Origin: Chthonomonadales bacterium
GTDB taxonomy: Bacteria; Armatimonadota; Chthonomonadetes; Chthonomonadales; Chthonomonadaceae
Direction of reading: 5' to 3'
Assembly (NCBI GenBank): GCA_038217285.1
Contig: JBBQPO010000036.1
Location: 1-30,543 of the forward strand
Length of the DNA: 30,543 nucleotides
A model generated the notes under the pieces. That model was not told where the DNA came from. It saw only the letters and a program-made list of their open reading frames with translations, and did no database searches. The number at the start of each line of letters is the position of its first letter. The stretch's first letter is position 1. Of this stretch, positions 10,201 through 19,304 are shown piece after piece. The position numbers were made by a program, and so were the translations under genes.

Positions 10201-10481
10201 GCGTGTCCTCCGCTGCTGAGCGCCTTGACGGCCCCCTCCGCCGTATCGAGACGCAGGCCAGCTTGCCGCTGATTCGGATCGAACCCGTGGCATTTGTAGC
10301 AGTTCTCCGACAGAATCGGGCGCACATCGCGATCATAATCCACTCGCATCGGGACGCTGCCTGCCTTCACCCTCTGACCAGGCTTTGCACCGGGCGGCGC
10401 AGCCTGCGCACTGCCTCCCGCCAATGCTAAACCCAACCATACCCAACCGAACGTCCGAAAGAGTGCCTGGGAACCTTGCAT
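7260..10481 (-). CDS. Planctomycete cytochrome c (PSCyt1)/DUF1549/LamG/DUF1553 protein
   Basis: RDVRPILSENCYKCHG, HWAF, YGERMA.SWLDLARYADT, CAQCHDHKYDP, a LamG-like insert (WTHLFVTYDG), DFGTQGERPSHPELFDWLA and TNTPLQAL.LMND. Confidence 0.93.
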   Translation of the reverse strand: MQGSQALFRTFGWVWLGLALAGGSAQAAPPGAKPGQRVKAGSVPMRVDYDRDVRPILSENCYKCHGFDPNQRQAGLRLDTAEGAVKALSSGGHAIVAGNPGASALMQRVLAGGALHMPPVSTGKKLTPAQIVVLKQWIMQGGKYDAHWAFVTPKRPAVPTVRNTAWAKNPLDRFILARLEKEGLKPSPEAERGILIRRLSFDLTGLPPTPAEVDAFVHDAGKDAYDRVVDRLLASPHYGERMAVSWLDLARYADTHGFHIDSQRDMWRWREWVIEAYNKNLSYDQFVVQQLAGDLLPNPTLDQRIASGFNRNHPINFEGGAIPEEYATAYIVDRIDTTATAFMGLTMRCAQCHDHKYDPVTQKDYYRFFALFHNVSEQGLDGSAGNAVPFLKAPDAAQKAQLEAAEGKLAAAQQALKTRTAEAQPALAAWMKAMTVTPDAMAPVTNGLAAYYRLNEGQGADLHDTSGTIPVVALTGKPAWSPGRFGPVLALDGATTADLGTKIGFERSDKFSYGAWVNPASTEAMTVLSRMDDSADFRGFDLYISGGQVYVHLIHAWDKNAIRVNTKPVLEANKWTHLFVTYDGSSKAKGITIYVNGKPAPLDMTHDSLTGSIQTTVPLRIGRRSIAAPFKGMIEAIRIYRRQVSADEVQQIADFDTLRQVLATSEEKRTPEQRTRLATYYLSAQDEPYRRLSADLAAAQSARDVIDKSIPTTMVMQEMDKPRDTFILQRGQYDKPGEKVFAGTPDFLPPLPPGPANRLTMARWLVDPSHPLTARVAVNRTWQMLFGTGLVKTAEDFGTQGERPSHPELFDWLATEFIRTGWDTKALLRLIVTSATYRQSSKVTPALKERDPENRLLARGARFRLQGEFVRDQALAVSGLLVEKVGGPSVHPYQPAGLWEELAFGGSFSAQTYVQDHGENLYRRGMYTFWKRTCPPPSLQAFDAPEREFCLVRRSVTNTPLQALTLMNDPTYVEASRKLAERIMKEGGTTPEQHIAYAYRLAMGRKPRAAEIETMLGLFNRQAVVFRRDPPGAKQLLAIGESARDASLDTTDLAAWTTVASVLLNLDETITKG

Positions 10482-10510
10482 AAGTCCACCTTGAAAAGGA
10501 AGTTAAAGCT

Positions 10511-10519
10511 ATTATAACA
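10511..10519 (-). promoter_or_regulatory. Putative extended -10 promoter for the PSCyt1/DUF1501 operon
   Basis: Minus strand reads TGtTATAAT about 30 nt upstream of the start codon. Confidence 0.5.
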
Positions 10520-10591
10520 CGCCTTCTACGTCTGACGACTATCGGCTCCCCGATGTAACAGCGCTGTGGATGCGCTCAGGCCAATTTCTTT

Positions 10592-10627
10592 CTCATCCCC
10601 CGCCCCCTTCCCGACACGGGAAGGGGG
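10592..10627. repeat. REP-like GC hairpin, possibly also terminating nth
   Basis: CTCATCCCCCG, then CCCCCTTCCCG-ACA-CGGGAAGGGGG (11-bp perfect stem, 10603-10627). Resembles the CCCTCACCCCC..CCCCTCTCCC/GGGAGAGGG REP class. Confidence 0.55.
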
Positions 10628-10642
10628 TGCCTCAAATGGAAG

Positions 10643-11323
10643 TCAGCGCGTAGCGCCGACTCCGATCTGCGGACACATCGATAGTAACGAGCAGGTGGAG
10701 CAGTGCGGGCGGAGGGAGGTGCAGACGAATTTGCCGAAGGGCATTCCCAGGCGGTTCATATCGATCCAGAGTGAGCGTGGGAGTGTTGCTTTCAGCGCTT
10801 CAAGGCTCGCTTCCGGAGTCCTGGTCGCGACGTATCCCCAGCGGTTTACGATGCGATGGACATGGACATCGACACCGATATGGGGCTGATGGCAGGCGAT
10901 GGCCAGCGCGAGGCCGGCGCACTTTGGCCCCACGCCCGGCAGAGTCAGCAGTTGGGCCATATTCCAGGGCAGGTCGCCCTGGAATTCGGCCACGGCACGG
11001 TGAGCGATGGCCTGAATGTTGACGGCTTTGGTATCGCTGAAGGCAGTAGAGTGAATCAGCGCTTTCAGGCGCTCGGGCAGCAGATCCGCAATCTCTTGGG
11101 GAGTGCGAGCGACCGCGAACAGTTTCCGGGAGATCGGGACCATGACCTCGTCCAGAGTGCGGATCGAGAGCATACAGGCGACCAACTGTTCGAAGAGGGT
11201 CGTGTAGCCTTCGTCGTAGAGCGTGAACAGGCCCGCTTTCGGAAATGTGGCGATGGCCTTCTCGATCTGCGGCAGAGCCTTCTCAATGTCGAAGGGGATT
11301 TTGGGGAGAGTTTCTGTTTGCAT
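10643..11323 (-). CDS. nth: Endonuclease III (HhH-GPD DNA glycosylase, 4Fe-4S)
   Basis: HhH motif LLTLPGVGPKCA with catalytic Lys, VDVHVHRI with catalytic Asp, and C-x6-C-x2-C-x5-C. Confidence 0.9.
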   Translation of the reverse strand: MQTETLPKIPFDIEKALPQIEKAIATFPKAGLFTLYDEGYTTLFEQLVACMLSIRTLDEVMVPISRKLFAVARTPQEIADLLPERLKALIHSTAFSDTKAVNIQAIAHRAVAEFQGDLPWNMAQLLTLPGVGPKCAGLALAIACHQPHIGVDVHVHRIVNRWGYVATRTPEASLEALKATLPRSLWIDMNRLGMPFGKFVCTSLRPHCSTCSLLSMCPQIGVGATR

Positions 11324-11382
11324 GGTAGAAAAAGATGGCTGGCGCCGAATGACTATCCGGCGCCCTCCGATCCGTATCGAAC

Positions 11383-11937
11383 TCAGGCGTCGATCTGGGC
11401 CTTGCCCGGCTTCCAGTCGGAGGGACAGAGGCCGCCCGTCTGAAGCGCCTGGAGAATACGCATCGTCTCGTCGGTGCTGCGTCCGATATTGAGACTGTTG
11501 ACGACGGAATACTGCAGGACGCCTTCCGGGTCGATAATATAGAGGCCACGGAGAGCAATGCCAGCCGCTTCGATCAGAACGCCATAGTCTCTGGCGACCG
11601 ATTTGGTGATATCGGAGGCCAGGGGGAAATGGAGTTCGCCCAGACCGTGTCTTTCGCGGGGCGTATTCATCCAGGCCAGGTGCGAGTAGACCGAATCGGT
11701 CGAAACGCCGAGCACCTCGGCCCCGATCTCTTCGAACTCTTCGAACCTATCCGAAAGCGCGGTGATCTCCGTCGGGCAGACGAGCGTAAAATCCAGGGGA
11801 TAAAAGAAGAGGACCAGCCATTTGCCGCTATAGTCGGAGAGGGAGACTTTGCTGCCTACTGTCTTCGCTGTATCGCTCGGCTTTGCGACCGCCATCGTAA
11901 AGTCGGGAGCTGCTTCTCCCACCTTCGCCACTGCCAT
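11383..11937 (-). CDS. ahpC: 2-Cys peroxiredoxin (AhpC/TSA family)
   Basis: [14 protein letters not shown] (peroxidatic Cys), [10 protein letters not shown] (resolving Cys) and a GGAGAG RBS. Confidence 0.93.
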   Translation of the reverse strand: MAVAKVGEAAPDFTMAVAKPSDTAKTVGSKVSLSDYSGKWLVLFFYPLDFTLVCPTEITALSDRFEEFEEIGAEVLGVSTDSVYSHLAWMNTPRERHGLGELHFPLASDITKSVARDYGVLIEAAGIALRGLYIIDPEGVLQYSVVNSLNIGRSTDETMRILQALQTGGLCPSDWKPGKAQIDA

Positions 11938-12169
11938 GCTTCATCTCTCCTTGTCGTGAATGTCGCGCCTGCCTTAAGCGAAAGGCGCACCTCCGGGTTA
12001 CGAAGGTAAGGATACCTGCTTGCTTCAAGCCGTGTCAATTCTCCGCCGGAGGGTAAGGGAAGCCCTCCCTTGATGCGTTCGGTCCTGTAGAATATGTTCT
12101 CGATAACTCATTTTTTGTCTTTTTGGGTCCGGAAAGTTTCCTCTTTCACCGGAATTCCGTCCCGACCGA

Positions 12170-12199
12170 TTGACAAGCCGAACTTAATTCTGATATACT
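12170..12199 (+). promoter_or_regulatory. Sigma70-type promoter for the ANTAR regulator
   Basis: TTGACA (12170-12175), N18, TATACT (12194-12199) with an extended -10 TG. Confidence 0.7.
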
Positions 12200-12244
12200 C
12201 TCCGGCACACGGTCCAGTGAAGGAACGTGCACTACGTTCGTCCG

Positions 12245-12260
12245 CAGACAGTGATGTCTG
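12245..12260 (+). promoter_or_regulatory. Candidate ANTAR-type RNA hairpin in the regulator's own leader
   Basis: CAGAC-AGTGAT-GTCTG: 6-nt loop with A1 and G4, closed by C-G. Confidence 0.4.
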
Positions 12261-12351
12261 ACGCCCCACTTCCTGCAGTCGCGAGGCGAGGAAACTCTTT
12301 CTAGAGCGTCCCGATAGGGTGCAGCCAGGGTGCTGATGGGATTTGTGTACG

Positions 12352-12972
12352 ATGCAACAGGGTAAAATTCTCATCGCCGACGACGACGCGGTGCTTCGTC
12401 TCGATCTGCGCACGATGCTGGAAAGCATGGGGCATTGTGTCGTGGGAGAGGCCGACAACGGAGAGACAGCCTGTTATCTGGCACGCAGCCTGCGCCCGGA
12501 CATCGCTATTCTCGATGTGCGAATGCCGAAGTGCAGTGGCGTCGAGGCGGCGGAGATCATGAGCAAAGAACGGCTGTGCCCTGTTATGTTACTGACCGCC
12601 TACAGCGACGTGCCGATGATCGAGCAGGCGAACCGCGCGGGTGTGCAGGCATACCTCGTGAAGCCCTTCCGGCAGCAGGAGATTCAGCCGACCATCGAGA
12701 TCGTCATTTCCCGTTATCGCGAGATGCTAGCGCTGGAAGGCGCCCTCGGAACGGCGCAGGATCAGATGGAGTCCAACCGTCTCATCGGCCGTGCCAAGCG
12801 CATCCTTATGGATCGACATACGCTGGGCGACCAGGAGGCGTACAGACGGCTTCATGCCCAGGCTCTGGCGACCGGGCGACCCCTGCGCGAAATCGCGGAA
12901 GCCGTTCTCCTGACCGAAGATGTGGCGATGCCAGCTACACAGAATCGCCGACAGCGCAACGACCATTCCTGA
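12352..12972 (+). CDS. ANTAR-domain response regulator (REC + ANTAR; PdtaR/EutV/NasT-like)
   Basis: REC motifs ILIADDD, ILDVRMP, LTAYS and YLVKPF. ANTAR segment IGRAKRILMDRHTLGDQEAYRRL...PLREIAEAVL. Confidence 0.93.
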   Translation: MQQGKILIADDDAVLRLDLRTMLESMGHCVVGEADNGETACYLARSLRPDIAILDVRMPKCSGVEAAEIMSKERLCPVMLLTAYSDVPMIEQANRAGVQAYLVKPFRQQEIQPTIEIVISRYREMLALEGALGTAQDQMESNRLIGRAKRILMDRHTLGDQEAYRRLHAQALATGRPLREIAEAVLLTEDVAMPATQNRRQRNDHS

Positions 12973-13010
12973 CCGCGGGTCCTATATTTTCGACATTTGT
13001 TCGTTCCCTC

Positions 13011-13039
13011 TTGCTTTTTAGTGGTCTATCGGGTATTCT
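13011..13039 (+). promoter_or_regulatory. Putative sigma70 promoter for porin-amtB-glnK
   Basis: TTGCTT-N17-TATTCT, which would give a 5' leader of about 370 nt. Confidence 0.5.
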
Positions 13040-13122
13040 GTAATTAACCAGGCGGAACTACCCGACGTTTCCCATAGCAATGTCTGCTACCCTCTACGGG
13101 TTCCACCTGTATCACCTCGCCG

Positions 13123-13187
13123 GAAGAGCATCGACGCTTCTTCGCAGCGAACAAACCCCATAGCGCCTCCTGCAACACTGTTGTTGC
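13123..13187 (+). promoter_or_regulatory. Candidate dual-hairpin ANTAR target RNA
   Basis: GAAGAGC-ATCGAC-GCTTCTTC (13123-13143) and GCAAC-ACTGTT-GTTGC (13172-13187). Both have 6-nt loops with A1/G4 and a C-G closing pair. Confidence 0.6.
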
Positions 13188-13417
13188 GTTCATCCCGAAT
13201 TGAAACCATCGCCACGCGTCAGAAGGTGTTCTCCCGTCCCATTTTCTCGGATCGGATCACGCCTTCCCTGAACATGCTGGATGTTCGCGGCCCCCAGACA
13301 CTCTTCTGTTGGTCCGCTTGCCCCACCGGATGTCGTTACACTCTTCGAGCTTCGGCTCAATGGGTATGCCTGCATCACACTCACCACGCCTCGAAAATTT
13401 AAGGAGGAACAGACTCA

Positions 13418-14875
13418 GTGAATTGGAATTCCCTCCGCGTCACCCGCGTCTCCCGCACCGCAGCGAGCCGCCGGGCAAGCAATGGACTGGCAACATCGGA
13501 TACAGTTCTGCGCCCCCTGCACTCGGATCGCGCTGCAAGTCGCCTGGTGCGCCCTGCACTCTCTATCGCCACCTGCGCTCTTCTGGGCCTGGCGGCCACC
13601 ACCGGCAACGCTCAGGACGCTCCGAAACCGGAAGCTACCAAGGCCCCTGCCGTAGCCGCAGCCGCGCCGGCAGCGCCGCCTCCGCCCGCGCCGGGCACGG
13701 TCACCGTCTCCGGCCTGGTCGACATCTACTACGGCATCAATGTCCGCGCTCCACGCGGCCCGGGCGACACGCCCTACGCGGCGACCCTCACGACCGGCAA
13801 TCCCGGCGAGGTCATCGGCGTAGACAATGCCTTCCATGCGTTCGACATCAACGACCGCGACCCCAGCTTCAGCCTGGGCGAGCTCAACATCACCCGGACG
13901 CCCGGCAAAGGGTTCCCGCTGGGCCTCACCCTCACGCTGACCGCTGGCGACACGGCGCGAATCGTGCATGCCACCGAACCCGGCGGCACCAGCAGCTGGC
14001 AGTTCGTACAGCAGGCCTACCTGACCTATACGCCGCACATTGCAGGCCGCGATGTCACCATCGACTTCGGTAAGTTCGTGACCCCGTTCGGTTACGAAGT
14101 CATCGAGAGCAGCAGCAACGACCAGTATACGCGCAGTTTTGGGTTCACCTACGCCATTCCGTTCTACCATGCAGGCGTGCGGGCCGCGTTCCCGATCAAT
14201 CCGAAGCTCACCCTGACCCTGTTCGGCGTAAATGGCTGGAACAACGTCGCTGACGATAACAACGCGAAGTCCTTCATCGCTCAGGCGACGTGGAAACCAA
14301 ACGCCAAACTCACCGCCAACCTCACCTATATGGGTGGCGCGGAAGGCACCGGCGCGTTCGGCAACTACCTGCCCGCAGGACCTGCCTACCCGATCGGCCT
14401 TCCGACGACGACGATAAACGGCGGCACCTTCATCAACACCAAAGGCGCCGGCAACGTCACCATCGACCTGGTGGAGTTTCAGCCGACCTATCAGATCAGC
14501 CCCAAGCTGAAGATCGCCGCCGTGCTAGACTATGCGCGTGCGGCCGGAGACATATACGGCGTGAAGGAGTCGGGAACCTGGCTGTCCGGGGCGGCATACG
14601 GCCGCTATCAGCTCACGAACCACTTCGCGCTGGCGGGACGTCTGGAGCAGTTTGAGGACATTCCCGGCACCGGCGGCGTCGGCCTCCGCCTGGGCGGTCC
14701 CTACACCAAACTCCAGAGCGCGACCCTCACGGCGGAATACACCAGCTTCAAGGGTCAGTTGATCTCGCGACTGGAGTTCCGGCACGACTCGAGCAACAAC
14801 GCGGTCTTCGGAGCTGGCAGCGGCACCGTCAAGGACCAGGATACCTATACGCTGGGCGAAGTTTTCAAGTTCTAA
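13418..14875 (+). CDS. Outer-membrane beta-barrel porin (BBP2/OmpL-like, former DUF1597)
   Basis: AAGGAGG RBS, signal peptide, GKFVTPFGYEVIES...N..YTRS..F....PFYHAGVRA, NGWNN..DDNN.KS, and C-terminal Phe (VFKF). Confidence 0.85.
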   Translation: MNWNSLRVTRVSRTAASRRASNGLATSDTVLRPLHSDRAASRLVRPALSIATCALLGLAATTGNAQDAPKPEATKAPAVAAAAPAAPPPPAPGTVTVSGLVDIYYGINVRAPRGPGDTPYAATLTTGNPGEVIGVDNAFHAFDINDRDPSFSLGELNITRTPGKGFPLGLTLTLTAGDTARIVHATEPGGTSSWQFVQQAYLTYTPHIAGRDVTIDFGKFVTPFGYEVIESSSNDQYTRSFGFTYAIPFYHAGVRAAFPINPKLTLTLFGVNGWNNVADDNNAKSFIAQATWKPNAKLTANLTYMGGAEGTGAFGNYLPAGPAYPIGLPTTTINGGTFINTKGAGNVTIDLVEFQPTYQISPKLKIAAVLDYARAAGDIYGVKESGTWLSGAAYGRYQLTNHFALAGRLEQFEDIPGTGGVGLRLGGPYTKLQSATLTAEYTSFKGQLISRLEFRHDSSNNAVFGAGSGTVKDQDTYTLGEVFKF

Positions 14876-14888
14876 CCCGGCACGTCTC

Positions 14889-14921
14889 GTAGGAGGGCAG
14901 CCAACCTTACTGCCCTCTTAC
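14889..14921 (+). terminator. Hairpin after the porin gene (terminator, processing site or attenuator)
   Basis: GTAGGAGGGCAG-N9-CTGCCCTCTTAC. It lacks a clean U-tract. Confidence 0.45.
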
Positions 14922-14988
14922 CTCTTATCCGCGAGGCCATACGCCTCCTACAGATTTCCGGCGTCTATCGTCGCAGCTCTTTTTTCTC

Positions 14989-15004
14989 GCAACGCTGTTG
15001 TTGC
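14989..15004 (+). promoter_or_regulatory. Second copy of the GCAAC-N6-GTTGC element, upstream of amtB
   Basis: GCAACGCTGTTGTTGC is 15/16 identical to 13172-13187. Confidence 0.6.
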
Positions 15005-15157
15005 ACGGAAACTCCCGTTTCCTTCACTCCATCTAGTTTATCCGGTCGTTTCCAGCGTGGGAATGCGGTCGGCACCACGCGGCAGGCAACGTCCTGCCCA
15101 CTCTAAGCCTGAACGCCAGCCCTATAAGTTCAGGAAACCTTGAGGAGGGGAACTACT

Positions 15158-16789
15158 GTGAGTTCTGAGAAATTGACACGATTTCAGAAGATGAGCCGCC
15201 TGGCCAAGCGTCTTCAAGACCCGGAATGGCGTCGTTTCGGGTACACGCTGCTCGTTGGAAAACTGGGGGCCGTCGCTATTCTGTTGATGGCTTTCGCGCT
15301 CTACACGGCCTTTACAGGCAGCGCGGCGCACGCGCAGGCCGCCGCCGCGCCTGCGCTGAAAGCCGAAGGCATTGTCAACCCGATCAACACGGTCTGGGTT
15401 CTGCTGGCAGCCTTCCTGGTTTTCGCCATGCAGGTCGGCTTCACCATGCTGGAAGCGGGCTTCTGCCGCTCCCGTGAAACCGTCAACGTTCTGATGGAAT
15501 GTATCGTCGATACCTGTCTCTGCGGCGTCCTGTTCTTCGCCTGGGGCTACGCCTTCATGTTCAGCCATGGCAACGGTTTTATCGGTTACCACTGGTTCTT
15601 CCTGAAGGATGCGCCGGAGACCTACGAGGCGACCGGCGTCGCGCTGATGGCGCACTGGCTGTTCCAGTTCGCCTTTGCCGATACCTGCTCGACCATCACC
15701 TCCGGAGCCATGATCGGCCGCACCGGCTGGATCGGTGACCTGCTCTATAGCTTCGGCGTTTCCGGCTTCATCTATCCGATCATCGGCCACTGGGCCTGGG
15801 GACCGGATGGCTTCCTGGCGACCATGGGCAGCCCCGCCGCAGCAGGCGCGGCGGCTAACTTCCTTCCGACTCTCGGAAACTCTTTCCACGATTTCGCGGG
15901 TTCGACCGTTGTCCATACGATCGGAGGCATGGTCGCCCTGGCGGGAGCCATCGTGCTCGGCCCTCGGCTTGGGCGTAAGTTCAAGAGGGACGGCGGCGGC
16001 GCAATGCTTCCGCACGACCTTGTTATCGCGGCTTCCGGAGGCCTCATCCTCTGGTTCGGCTGGTACGGCTTCAACCCGGGCAGCACGCTGTCCGCGATGG
16101 ACTTCCAGGGGATCGGTCGTGTCGCCGCCAACACCACCCTTGCCGCTTGCGCGGGCGGACTGCTGGCGATGATCTGGGCATATCCGCAGACGAAAAAGTG
16201 GGACGTGGGCTTCACGATCAACGGCTTCCTGGCAGGGCTTGTCGCCATCACCTGTCCGTGTTACTGGGTCTCGCCAGCGGGCTCCCTCGCTATCGGCGCG
16301 GTCGCTGGCGTCCTGGTCGTTATGGGCGTCAATCTCATGGAGTGGCTCCGCATCGACGATCCGATCGGCGCGGTTCCGGTTCACGGCTTCTGCGGCATCT
16401 GGGGAACCTTGTCGCTGGGCCTCTTCGCCGCGAATCAGTATACGGCACCCATCAGCACCGGGGCAGACCCCGCGGCTACGAAGCTGGCAGGTCTGTTCTA
16501 TGGAGGCGGCCTCAAGCTGTTCGAAGCTCAGTTCATCGGCAGCGTCATCATTACGGTATCGACCTTTGCTGTCGCGATGGCGATGATGTATGCGCTCAAA
16601 CAGATGCGTCTCCTGCGCGTCTCGAAAGAGGGCGAACTGGAAGGGCTGGATATCCACGAGCACGGTATTCCGGCCTACCCCGAATACGTGCTTACCCCTG
16701 CGGCTACGCCGCATGGCGCCGTGAACATGATGACTTCCAGTCACGCTCCGTCAGGTGTCGTGGTCAGTGAGAACCTTCCCCCAGCCTGA
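15158..16789 (+). CDS. amtB: Ammonium transporter
   Basis: LVFAMQVGFTMLEAG, FQFAFA, HWAW, DFAGSTVVH, WFGWYGFNPGS and DDPIGAVPVHG (twin His intact). GTG start after GAGGAGGGG. Confidence 0.96.
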   Translation: MSSEKLTRFQKMSRLAKRLQDPEWRRFGYTLLVGKLGAVAILLMAFALYTAFTGSAAHAQAAAAPALKAEGIVNPINTVWVLLAAFLVFAMQVGFTMLEAGFCRSRETVNVLMECIVDTCLCGVLFFAWGYAFMFSHGNGFIGYHWFFLKDAPETYEATGVALMAHWLFQFAFADTCSTITSGAMIGRTGWIGDLLYSFGVSGFIYPIIGHWAWGPDGFLATMGSPAAAGAAANFLPTLGNSFHDFAGSTVVHTIGGMVALAGAIVLGPRLGRKFKRDGGGAMLPHDLVIAASGGLILWFGWYGFNPGSTLSAMDFQGIGRVAANTTLAACAGGLLAMIWAYPQTKKWDVGFTINGFLAGLVAITCPCYWVSPAGSLAIGAVAGVLVVMGVNLMEWLRIDDPIGAVPVHGFCGIWGTLSLGLFAANQYTAPISTGADPAATKLAGLFYGGGLKLFEAQFIGSVIITVSTFAVAMAMMYALKQMRLLRVSKEGELEGLDIHEHGIPAYPEYVLTPAATPHGAVNMMTSSHAPSGVVVSENLPPA

Positions 16790-16804
16790 CCCGTAACAGG
16801 GTAA

Positions 16805-17296
<492 letters not shown>

Positions 17297-17314
17297 GCCG
17301 TCCCCCTCCCAATT

Positions 17315-17346
17315 CAGGCCACCCCTCTGGGGGTGGCCTGTCTTTT
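17315..17346 (+). terminator. Rho-independent terminator after glnK
   Basis: CAGGCCACCCC-TCTG-GGGGTGGCCTG followed by TCTTTT. Confidence 0.85.
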
Positions 17347-17431
17347 GTAAGGCCCACAAAGGGGCCTCTGTTGACAGGTTATTTCCACCTCACCTGGTGA
17401 AAATCCCCCTCCTTCGTGCGTAGAGAGAAGT

Positions 17432-19279
17432 ATGCCCACTCAGGCCGTTGAAGAAAAACTGGTGACGTTGCCGACCCGACCGGGGTGCTACCTCCACAAG
17501 GACGCCAACGGCACGATCATCTATGTCGGGAAAGCGATCAACCTTCGGAATCGGGTCCGCTCCTATTTTCAGAAAGGAGCCAACCATACGCCGAAGGTGC
17601 GTCGCCTTGTCTCCCACATCGTAGATTTCGACTATATCGTCTGCGAAAACGAACTGGAAGCTCTGGTTCTCGAATGCACCCTCATCAAGAAGCACCAGCC
17701 TCACTACAATGTGCGGCTGCGCGACGACAAGCAGTATCCCTACCTCTGTTTGACCATCAGCGAGCCATTTCCCCGCCTGATTCTGGTTCGGCGGGTGCGA
17801 CAGGACGGCAACCGCTACTTCGGTCCCTATCCCAGTTCCCGCGCCGTCTACGCGACGATGGAGCTTATCAACCGCCTCTTCCCACTCATCTCCTGCGGCA
17901 AGAGTTTCGATGGACGGGCGGTGCAGAAGCCCTGCCTCTATCATCATCTCGGCCAGTGCCTGGCGCCCTGCGCGGGCCTCGCCGATAAGAACGAGTACGG
18001 CATTGCGGTGAAGGATGTCGGCGATTTTCTGGATGGTCGCCAGGAGCAGATCATCAAGAAGCTGCGCCTGGAAATGACGGAAGCCGCCGAGAACCTGGAG
18101 TTCGAGCGCGCGGCGCGCCTGCGAGATCGACTGAAGGGCGTCGAAGAGGTCTTACAGCGGCAGAAGGTCATCACCAACGATCTGATCGACCAGGACGTGA
18201 TCGCGGTCGTCGAGGACACCACCGGTCTGAATGGGGCCTGTGTGCAGATGTTCTTCATTCGTGGCGGCAAGCTGATCGGGCAGAACCATTTTCTGGTGGA
18301 GGGAACGGGCGAAGAGTCTCAGAGCGAGGTCGTCTCCCAGTTCGTGAGGCAGTACTACCAGGGCGCGAACTTCATCCCGGCAGAGATCCTCCTGCCCTGC
18401 GATATGGACGAGATCTCTATCGTCGAGAGCTGGCTGCGGCAGAAAAAGGGACGCAAGGTCGAGATCAGCGTCCCGGTCCGCGGCGACAAGAAGCGACTGA
18501 TGGATATGGCGACGGAGAACGCTGGCCACGCTTTGGAACAGATGAAAGCCGAGATGCGGGCGAAGCTCGGCAGCACCGAGCGCGCGCTGCAAGAGCTAGC
18601 CGATGCACTGGGGCTTTCGGAGCCTCCCAAACGCATCGAATGCTTCGACATCTCCAACACGCAGGGCGAAAATCAGGTCGCCTCGATGGTTGTCTGCGAG
18701 AACGGGCAGATGAACAAGCAGGAGTATCGCCGCTTCAAGATCAAGCGCGAAGACGACAAACCCAACGACTTCGCCAGCATGAAAGAGGTCGTACTGCGCC
18801 GCCTGCTGGAGGCGAAGGCCGACAACCCGCGCTTCAACCGCCTGCCCGGCCTGATTATCGTAGACGGCGGGCGCGGGCAGGTCTCCTCGGCGATGGCCGC
18901 GATGGAGGAGGCGGGAATAGCCGTGCCGCTCGCGGGCCTCGCCAAGCAGTTCGAGCATCTGTTTCTGCCCAACGAACCGGACCCCGTGATTCTGCCGCGC
19001 ACCTCGCAGGCACTCTACCTGATTCAGCGGATCCGCGACGAGGCGCATCGTTTCGCCAACACCTTCCAGGCCCAGCTCCGCAGCAAGAAAGCCACCCACT
19101 CCGTGCTCGATGACATTCCCGGCATCGGCCCCAAGCGCCGCAAGTCGCTGCAGCTTCATTTCGGCAGCGTCCGCAAGATGAAGGAGGTCACTCTTGCCGA
19201 GATCGCCCAGGCTCCCGGCATGAACCTCAAACTCGCCGAAACCGTCTACGATCACCTCCACGCCGCCCCCTCCGATTGA
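17432..19279 (+). CDS. uvrC: Excinuclease ABC subunit C
   Basis: GIY-YIG segment (PGCY...IIYVGKAINLRNRVRSYF), UVR segment LEFERAARLRD, RIECFDISN, IVDGGRGQ, RDEAHRFA, and C-terminal HhH2. Confidence 0.98.
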   Translation: MPTQAVEEKLVTLPTRPGCYLHKDANGTIIYVGKAINLRNRVRSYFQKGANHTPKVRRLVSHIVDFDYIVCENELEALVLECTLIKKHQPHYNVRLRDDKQYPYLCLTISEPFPRLILVRRVRQDGNRYFGPYPSSRAVYATMELINRLFPLISCGKSFDGRAVQKPCLYHHLGQCLAPCAGLADKNEYGIAVKDVGDFLDGRQEQIIKKLRLEMTEAAENLEFERAARLRDRLKGVEEVLQRQKVITNDLIDQDVIAVVEDTTGLNGACVQMFFIRGGKLIGQNHFLVEGTGEESQSEVVSQFVRQYYQGANFIPAEILLPCDMDEISIVESWLRQKKGRKVEISVPVRGDKKRLMDMATENAGHALEQMKAEMRAKLGSTERALQELADALGLSEPPKRIECFDISNTQGENQVASMVVCENGQMNKQEYRRFKIKREDDKPNDFASMKEVVLRRLLEAKADNPRFNRLPGLIIVDGGRGQVSSAMAAMEEAGIAVPLAGLAKQFEHLFLPNEPDPVILPRTSQALYLIQRIRDEAHRFANTFQAQLRSKKATHSVLDDIPGIGPKRRKSLQLHFGSVRKMKEVTLAEIAQAPGMNLKLAETVYDHLHAAPSD

Positions 19280-19304
19280 CGCCCTCCCTACCCTTTTCAG
19301 ACAG

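Noticed and set aside
13172-15005. Sigma54 promoter or NtrC site for the repeated ...TTGC element
   Set aside because: There is no GG at the -24 position on either strand, and the arms are GCAAC rather than TGCAC.
17371-17376. TTGACA as the uvrC -35 box
   Set aside because: No -10 hexamer at 16-18 bp spacing.
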